A DNA stretch of 64,000 nt from the NCBI GenBank assembly GCA_035687365.1, contig DASRXU010000226.1, positions 4,911 to 68,910 of the forward strand, in the 5' to 3' direction. The translations under genes and the position numbers were made by a program. A model generated the notes under the pieces. That model saw nothing but the letters and a program-made list of their open reading frames with translations, did no database searches and was not told the DNA's origin. This DNA comes from Planctomycetaceae bacterium. Its GTDB lineage: Bacteria; Planctomycetota; Planctomycetia; Planctomycetales; Planctomycetaceae. Below, in pieces: positions 58,020 through 64,000 of this stretch (the stretch's first letter is position 1; each line of letters opens with the position of its first letter).

Positions 58020-59900
58020 ATGCTTCGTCGAATGAATCCTGGTTTTGTGCCTCGCGATGGCCGCATCCTCAAGGTCGTGTCGGTAAGCAGGATTAGCACG
58101 GACCATCAGGACGAGCGCAGTCTGGAAGACCAGCTTGCCAAGCACAAGAACTTCCTCGCGGGCCACTACAGCGGCCAAATCGCGTGGAAGGTCATCAAGA
58201 GTCGCGGAAGCGGAGAACACCTGGACCGGCAGGAGCTCAGCGAGCTTGAAGCCCTGATCGAGAGCGAAGAGGTTGATCTCGTGATTGCCGAGGACCTCGG
58301 GCGAATCTGCCGTCGCCGCCGAGCCTATGACTTTTGCGAGATTTGCGTCGACCACAATGTCCGGTTGATCGCAATCAACGATCGAGTCGACACCGTCGAA
58401 GACGGATGGCAAGACGGCGCGTTCATTTCGACGTGGCACCATGAGCGCTCGAATCGTGACACTTCAGAGCGGATCAAGCGCACGTTGCGCAACCTTTTTG
58501 AGCAAGGCGGCGTCTGTCAGACGTTCCCGTACGGGTACATTAAACCTGCCAATACCAAGAGCGACGCAGACGTGCGGAAAGACCCGGAGGCGGAGCCAGT
58601 CTACGACGAGTGGTTTACCCGCTTGGAGAAAGGTCAACCGTACACCGAGGTCGGCGATTGGCTGAACGCCAAGGGAGTGGTAACTGGCCCATGGTGTGAC
58701 AAGAAGTCTTGGGATGGACCGCTCGTCAGCAAGCGCGTAAACAAGACTGGCCGGCATCGCAATGAGAAGGCTCCGCAGGAACTTCAGCTGTTCCGATCCG
58801 TGCCGCACCTCGCATTTATCGATGCGGAGCGATACGACCGAGTAATCAGGCTTCTGGCCGAGCGATACGACCGGTCTCGCCGCAAAGGGGAGAACGGTAA
58901 GGACACTCGGGCTGGCGTATCCAGAAAACGAAGTCGGTGGCCTGGGCAGCACATCTTCTGTGGCATCTGCGGCCGTCCGTATCTCTGGGGCGGAAATGGC
59001 GAAGCAGATCACCTGATGTGCCAGGGCGCTAAGCTTCATCGCTGCTGGCTCGGGACGAGTTGCGACGGGCGGTTGGCCGCCAAACGAATCAGCGCCGCAG
59101 TCTTCGAAGAAATCGAACGGCTGCCGGACTTTGACGAAGCCCTGTTTGAAGCAATCACCGCGGAGTCGAAGCGACTCGATGGTGATCGTGAGGAACAGCT
59201 AGCGAGATTGTCCGCCTCCCAGCATAAGGTTCAGCGGGAAATCGATAACCTCGTTGCATTCATTCGCGGCGGCGACTCTAGCCCCCGAGTCCGCGAAGAT
59301 CTCGCGCAGTTGGAAGAGAAACTTCATCAACTTCGAGCTGATACTCAGAAGCTCGCGAAGGCTCCCTCGGATGGCATTTCGATCCCGCCTGTGGAAGAAC
59401 TCAAAAGGCTTGCTCGAGCGGCGTTCGCTGGCCTAGCTGGCGAAAGCCCTGAATTTGGCCGGGCCATGAAGTTGATCATCCCAAAAATCGTTGTGTTTCC
59501 TGTTCGCCTATGTGCCGGTGGGTTGATCGTGCTGCGTGCGCAATTTGGGCTACAGCTTGCCCGCCTTCTGCCTGACGAGAGGGTTCAGCAGGCCCTGCAG
59601 CGGCCACTTGAGCGAGTCCTGACTATCAACTTGTTCGATCCGCCGCAGCCGGAAGCGTTTCGGCGTCGCGTCTGCGACTTGCGGGCTGCTGGGATGACGC
59701 AAAAGGAGGCTGCGGATCAATGCGGTCTGACTGTCACCGCCGCGCAAGACGCGGCTGGGCTCCAAAGACGCATGGACGCTCTCGGATTGACTGATCCCTA
59801 CGTGGCGGTGATTAAGCCGCCGGTCGACTACTGCAAGCTTCGACGGCACCTCCATCGTCGTTATCGCTTCGAGCCCCTCGAGGATGCTGGCAAGTTCTGA
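58020..59900 (+). mobile_element. Large serine recombinase (resolvase/invertase N-domain + recombinase domain + zinc ribbon + long helical C-terminus)
   Basis: 626 aa. KVVSVSRISTDHQDERSLEDQ (nucleophile Ser context), DLVIAEDLGRICRRRR, LIAINDRVDT, Cys cluster FCGICGRPY...HLMCQG...HRCW, and a coiled-coil-like segment. Confidence 0.85.
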
Positions 59901-59925
59901 GCCGTCGCGGTCTCCAATTTGTTAG

Positions 59926-59958
59926 CCCAGCATGAGCGATCGTGCTGGGTTTTTTTTT
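59926..59958 (+). terminator. Rho-independent terminator after the recombinase gene
   Basis: CCCAGCATG-agcgat-CGTGCTGGG followed by nine T residues (59950-59958). Confidence 0.85.
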
Positions 59959-59984
59959 GGCGCTAAAACCCTTGGAGAATCGAC

Positions 59985-60149
59985 GTGACGAACGATCAAC
60001 CTAAGCAAGCTAAACAGGTACCAGCCTCATCCACCGAGGGCGAGCCACTTCAACGCCTGCTGCGCCTCGTCGCGCGCGATGTAGTCCGGCGACTGAGGGC
60101 GCAACAGACTCAACCGAAGGGACCGGCGACGGACGAGAGTCAGGGATGA
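59985..60149 (+). CDS. Small ORF (54 aa) bracketed by two terminators, function unknown
   Basis: GTG 59985 with GGAG 6-7 nt upstream. MTNDQPKQAKQVPASSTEGEPLQRLLRLVARDVVRRLRAQQTQPKGPATDESQG. Below the ORF-track length cutoff. Followed by a strong hairpin. Confidence 0.35.
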   Translation: MTNDQPKQAKQVPASSTEGEPLQRLLRLVARDVVRRLRAQQTQPKGPATDESQG

Positions 60150-60160
60150 TCAACCATCGC

Positions 60161-60198
60161 TTGGGCCGCCCTGCGGGGCGGCCCAAGACGTCTTTTTC
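60161..60198 (+). terminator. Rho-independent terminator
   Basis: TTGGGCCGCCC-tgcg-GGGCGGCCCAA (11-bp perfect stem), then gacgTCTTTTTCTT. Confidence 0.8.
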
Positions 60199-60572
60199 TT
60201 AGCTATCGTGCACTTGGGTTAAACGCGGAGACTCCAGCAGCAGAAAGATCTTCAGGATTTTGGCCCTCGGATTGCCGTGGCCCCTCTTCTGCCAGGCGAA
60301 CGACGACAACCGGATTTGTGGCGAGGCGCCTTTGAACTCGATGCTGACCAGTCGTCGCAAACCACTGACCCGAAAACCGTCAACGCGACGAGTTTCCGGT
60401 GTTTTGATTTCGCGAACGAGTTTTCGGGACAGGAAGTTCGTAGGGCGTTCGCCCATGTCCTGATTGGTGCGGCAAAATCGGAAAACGAACGTTTGTTGGT
60501 CTCGGATTCGCGACCGAGCTGCTTTCCGCAACCATTGATGGATTAAGGCTCTGCTTCGCCGTTGAACGCACT

Positions 60573-61238
60573 TTGCTAGCATTGAGTTGTGTCCGGACTT
60601 CAAGAGGGGGGATTCTCATTCGGTTCGTTCTTCCAATTGCGATCTTCCTTCTGACCGCGACCTCCGAGGGCGAGCGCAAGGTCGTTCCGCCAACCATCGG
60701 AGCCACAGTCGCCGATGTCGCGATCAAGGACGTGAGCGGACGGGTCCGCACTTTGAGAGAGTTCAAAAACAAAAAGGCGATCGTGGTCGTATTCGTCGGA
60801 ACGGAGTGTCCGATCGCGAACCTGTACTTTCCGACCTTGGCCGAGATGCAAAAGCGCTACGCCGACAAGGGGGTTCAAATCCTGGCGATCAACTCCAACG
60901 ATCAGGACACGTTCGCAGATGTGGTGGCCCATGCTAACGAGCGCAAGCTGCCGTTTCCGGTCTGCAAGGACGCTGACCAGAGCGCGATGGAAGCGTTTAG
61001 GGCACGGCGCACTCCGGAAGTTTTTCTTCTCGACGGTGACCGGACGATCCGTTACCGTGGACGCATTGACGACCAGTACGGCTACACTTATCGGCGCGCG
61101 GTTCCGACTCACACGGAACTCAAGGACGCGCTGACGGAGATGCTGGCCGGAAAGCGTGTCACCATTCCCGAGTCGGAGTGCCAGGGTTGCCTGATCGGGC
61201 GCGCAAGAAAAGACGGTTCGAACAACCGAGTGAGGTGA
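60573..61238 (+). CDS. Secreted thioredoxin-fold redoxin (AhpC/TSA-like) protein with a single Cys in the active-site position
   Basis: Signal-like ILIRFVLPIAIFLLTATSEG. KAIVVVFVGTECPIANLYFPTL...VQILAINSND...PFPVCKD...RTPEVFLLD. TTG start (60573 or 60582) is uncertain. Confidence 0.75.
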   Translation: MLALSCVRTSRGGILIRFVLPIAIFLLTATSEGERKVVPPTIGATVADVAIKDVSGRVRTLREFKNKKAIVVVFVGTECPIANLYFPTLAEMQKRYADKGVQILAINSNDQDTFADVVAHANERKLPFPVCKDADQSAMEAFRARRTPEVFLLDGDRTIRYRGRIDDQYGYTYRRAVPTHTELKDALTEMLAGKRVTIPESECQGCLIGRARKDGSNNRVR

Positions 61239-61246
61239 AACGACTC

Positions 61247-62536
<1,290 letters not shown>

Positions 62537-62554
62537 TCTCCCGCGACGAACACG

Positions 62555-62601
62555 CAAGACCTCCGAGGTCCAAGGACCTGCGGAGGTCTTGTCGTTTTTT
62601 T
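62555..62601. terminator. Long stem-loop + T-tract between convergent genes
   Basis: CAAGACCTCCG AGGTCC aa GGACCT g CGGAGGTCTTG followed by tcgTTTTTTT. Confidence 0.85.
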
Positions 62602-62634
62602 GAGCAGTTTCCCGAATGAATCGCGGCTCGACAG

Positions 62635-64000
62635 TCAGTGAGTTTTGTCTGCGCTCGCCTGCGGAGCTGCCGCTCGTTCCCCCGTGAAACTGACGTACCC
62701 GGTCATTCCGTCGAAGTCATAGTCCACGGTCCCATTCAGCGCGTTGCCTTTGACCTTTCCTTGAAAGTGCAGCCGATACTTTTTGCCGTCGCGGTCGCGA
62801 GCGACGTCGAAAGTCACTTCCTCGCCGAACACAAGTGCGTTGCTGACCGACGTCTCGCCCTGCTCGCCGATGTAAACGCCTTTGAGAGCATTCCCAACTT
62901 CGGTGAGCTTGACGGTTGGGTCAAAGATGGGACCCTCCCTGAGCACGATGTGTAGTTTCCAGGTGCCGGCCGCGCTCACCGTCGGGGTCTTTAGCCGCTC
63001 GCCCTCAAACGGAAATTCTCTTGCGCCTGCGGGGGTCGCGATCTTCGCCGTTCCTTGCATCTTGGCGCCCGACAGTTTGGCGACGAAGTCGATCGTGAAG
63101 GTGTTCGGCCCCATTTGCTGGGGCGCTTTGAACGACAATTCACCCTCCTTCAACTTGACGTCCCGAATCGGCGCGGGCTTGCCTGTGAAGCCGACGAAAT
63201 CGCCACTGATCTTGCCGTCCTTGTCGGTGAGATTCAGCATGATCTGACGGGTGAGCGCCCCCTGGCCGCCGCGCCTGCCGGAGCCCCCGCCGCCAGCTTG
63301 GGCTCGCGGTCCACGCTGGGCGCCGCCGGCAAATGCAAGGGAGAGTTTCCAAGAGCCAGAGAGCGTTGTCTTCGGCTTGTCGGTTTTGCCGTCGCCTCCG
63401 TGGGCCGAGTCTCGCGACCGGCGATGGGCGTCGAAAAAGTCGAAGATCTCTTTGACCGATGTCACCGCGACAGAGATGTGGTCGCCTTCTGGATACTCGA
63501 GATATTTGACATCGTAGCCCAGCTCCTTGGCCTTTTGCGCGACCGCCCGGCATCCAGCGACCGGGACCAGGGCATCCTTCACGCCGGCGACGATAATCAA
63601 CGGGATCTTAGGTCCCGATTTGAGAGCCGTTTCCAACAGCGAAGACATCCGCGATCCGGCGATGAGAGCGAGTGCGGCGAATTGATCGCGGTGCGTCAGG
63701 CCGATGAGCCACGTTCCAGCCGAACCCATCGAGTGGCCGGCCAGGTAGACGCGGTTGCGATCGACGTTGTAGTCCTTTTGCACGAGGGCGGTGACGTCCA
63801 GGACGTCGCGCTCGGCGCCGTTGGCCTTTTGATAGCCGCTCAAAGGGCCGCGGCCGTTCACCGCAACGATGATGTAGCCGCGCTCTTCGGCAAGCCTTGG
63901 CCAGCGGCCTTCGTAGCGGTCGAAGAAATTGTTCTCGTCGCCCCCCGCACCGTGTAAGAGCGTGATCAGCGGGCAGGCCTTGGATTTGCTATAGTTCGAC
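62635..64000 (-). CDS. Alpha/beta hydrolase (esterase/peptidase-like) fused to two copies of a C-terminal beta-domain; the 5' end lies beyond the right edge
   Basis: The frame stays open to the window edge (...PLITLLHGAGGDENNFFDRYEGRWPRLAEERGYIIVAVNGRGP). Nucleophile elbow GHSMGS, then VAGVKD and EGDH. Followed by two related ~110-aa modules starting GSWKLSL... and GTWKLHI..., each ending F(E/T)GER. Confidence 0.8.
   Translation of the reverse strand, partial: SNYSKSKACPLITLLHGAGGDENNFFDRYEGRWPRLAEERGYIIVAVNGRGPLSGYQKANGAERDVLDVTALVQKDYNVDRNRVYLAGHSMGSAGTWLIGLTHRDQFAALALIAGSRMSSLLETALKSGPKIPLIIVAGVKDALVPVAGCRAVAQKAKELGYDVKYLEYPEGDHISVAVTSVKEIFDFFDAHRRSRDSAHGGDGKTDKPKTTLSGSWKLSLAFAGGAQRGPRAQAGGGGSGRRGGQGALTRQIMLNLTDKDGKISGDFVGFTGKPAPIRDVKLKEGELSFKAPQQMGPNTFTIDFVAKLSGAKMQGTAKIATPAGAREFPFEGERLKTPTVSAAGTWKLHIVLREGPIFDPTVKLTEVGNALKGVYIGEQGETSVSNALVFGEEVTFDVARDRDGKKYRLHFQGKVKGNALNGTVDYDFDGMTGYVSFTGERAAAPQASADKTH

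Noticed and set aside
60199-60603. 134-aa very basic minus-strand ORF; the region also contains GAAGTCCGG (minus strand, near 60590), reminiscent of the RNase P RNA P4 motif, and a possible tmRNA-like tag frame
   Set aside because: No other RNase P conserved segments (for example ACAGAAxxCGGCTTA) are present. There is no tRNA-like 3' end or GGTTCGA T-arm, and the tag-like frame does not end in a hydrophobic ALAA-type tail. The ORF has no motifs. It was left uncalled.

Overview
High-GC bacterial chromosomal segment. The gene content looks Planctomycetota-like: many S1 sulfatases, a PSCyt1-type cytochrome c module, an ECF sigma factor paired with a Ser/Thr kinase, DUF1254/DUF1214, and PQQ-like beta-propeller proteins. 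I found no rRNA, tRNA or CRISPR array. Many long ORFs in the track are antisense or alternate-frame shadows typical of GC-rich DNA and were not called. Layout: (i) 1-14.4 kb is a fully co-directional minus-strand block with four sulfatases, a membrane-anchored formylglycine-generating enzyme (FGE), a secreted HAD phosphatase, a secreted 2H phosphoesterase, and an NTF2-like/low-complexity protein pair. (ii) 15.4-19.3 kb holds a NarL-type two-component system with an extra REC-only regulator. (iii) 19.8-24.2 kb is one giant Ser/Thr kinase - degenerate cyclase - STAND ATPase - TPR protein. (iv) 24.2-28.9 kb is a five-gene minus-strand operon of secreted proteins, including a second NTF2-like/RGG-rich low-complexity pair. 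(v) Next come an orphan TolC-like gene with a porin 3' remnant, a fifth sulfatase plus DUF1254/DUF1214, and an AT-richer islet. (vi) Housekeeping and stress genes follow: K+ channel, TAXI protein, methyltransferase, catalase-related protein, OprB-like porin, ECF sigma + kinase, two AKR paralogs, malic enzyme, dps, poxB. (vii) 58-60.2 kb is a large serine recombinase cassette. (viii) Last are a redoxin + cytochrome c/PHM-like copper monooxygenase pair and a truncated alpha/beta hydrolase at the right edge. The most interesting signals are the twice-occurring NTF2-like + secreted RGG/Gly-rich low-complexity pair, the sulfatase/FGE block with non-canonical CTAGR/CTSGR motifs, and a sulfatase-specific N-terminal anchor motif. 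All functional calls rest on motifs read by eye. No database search was possible.
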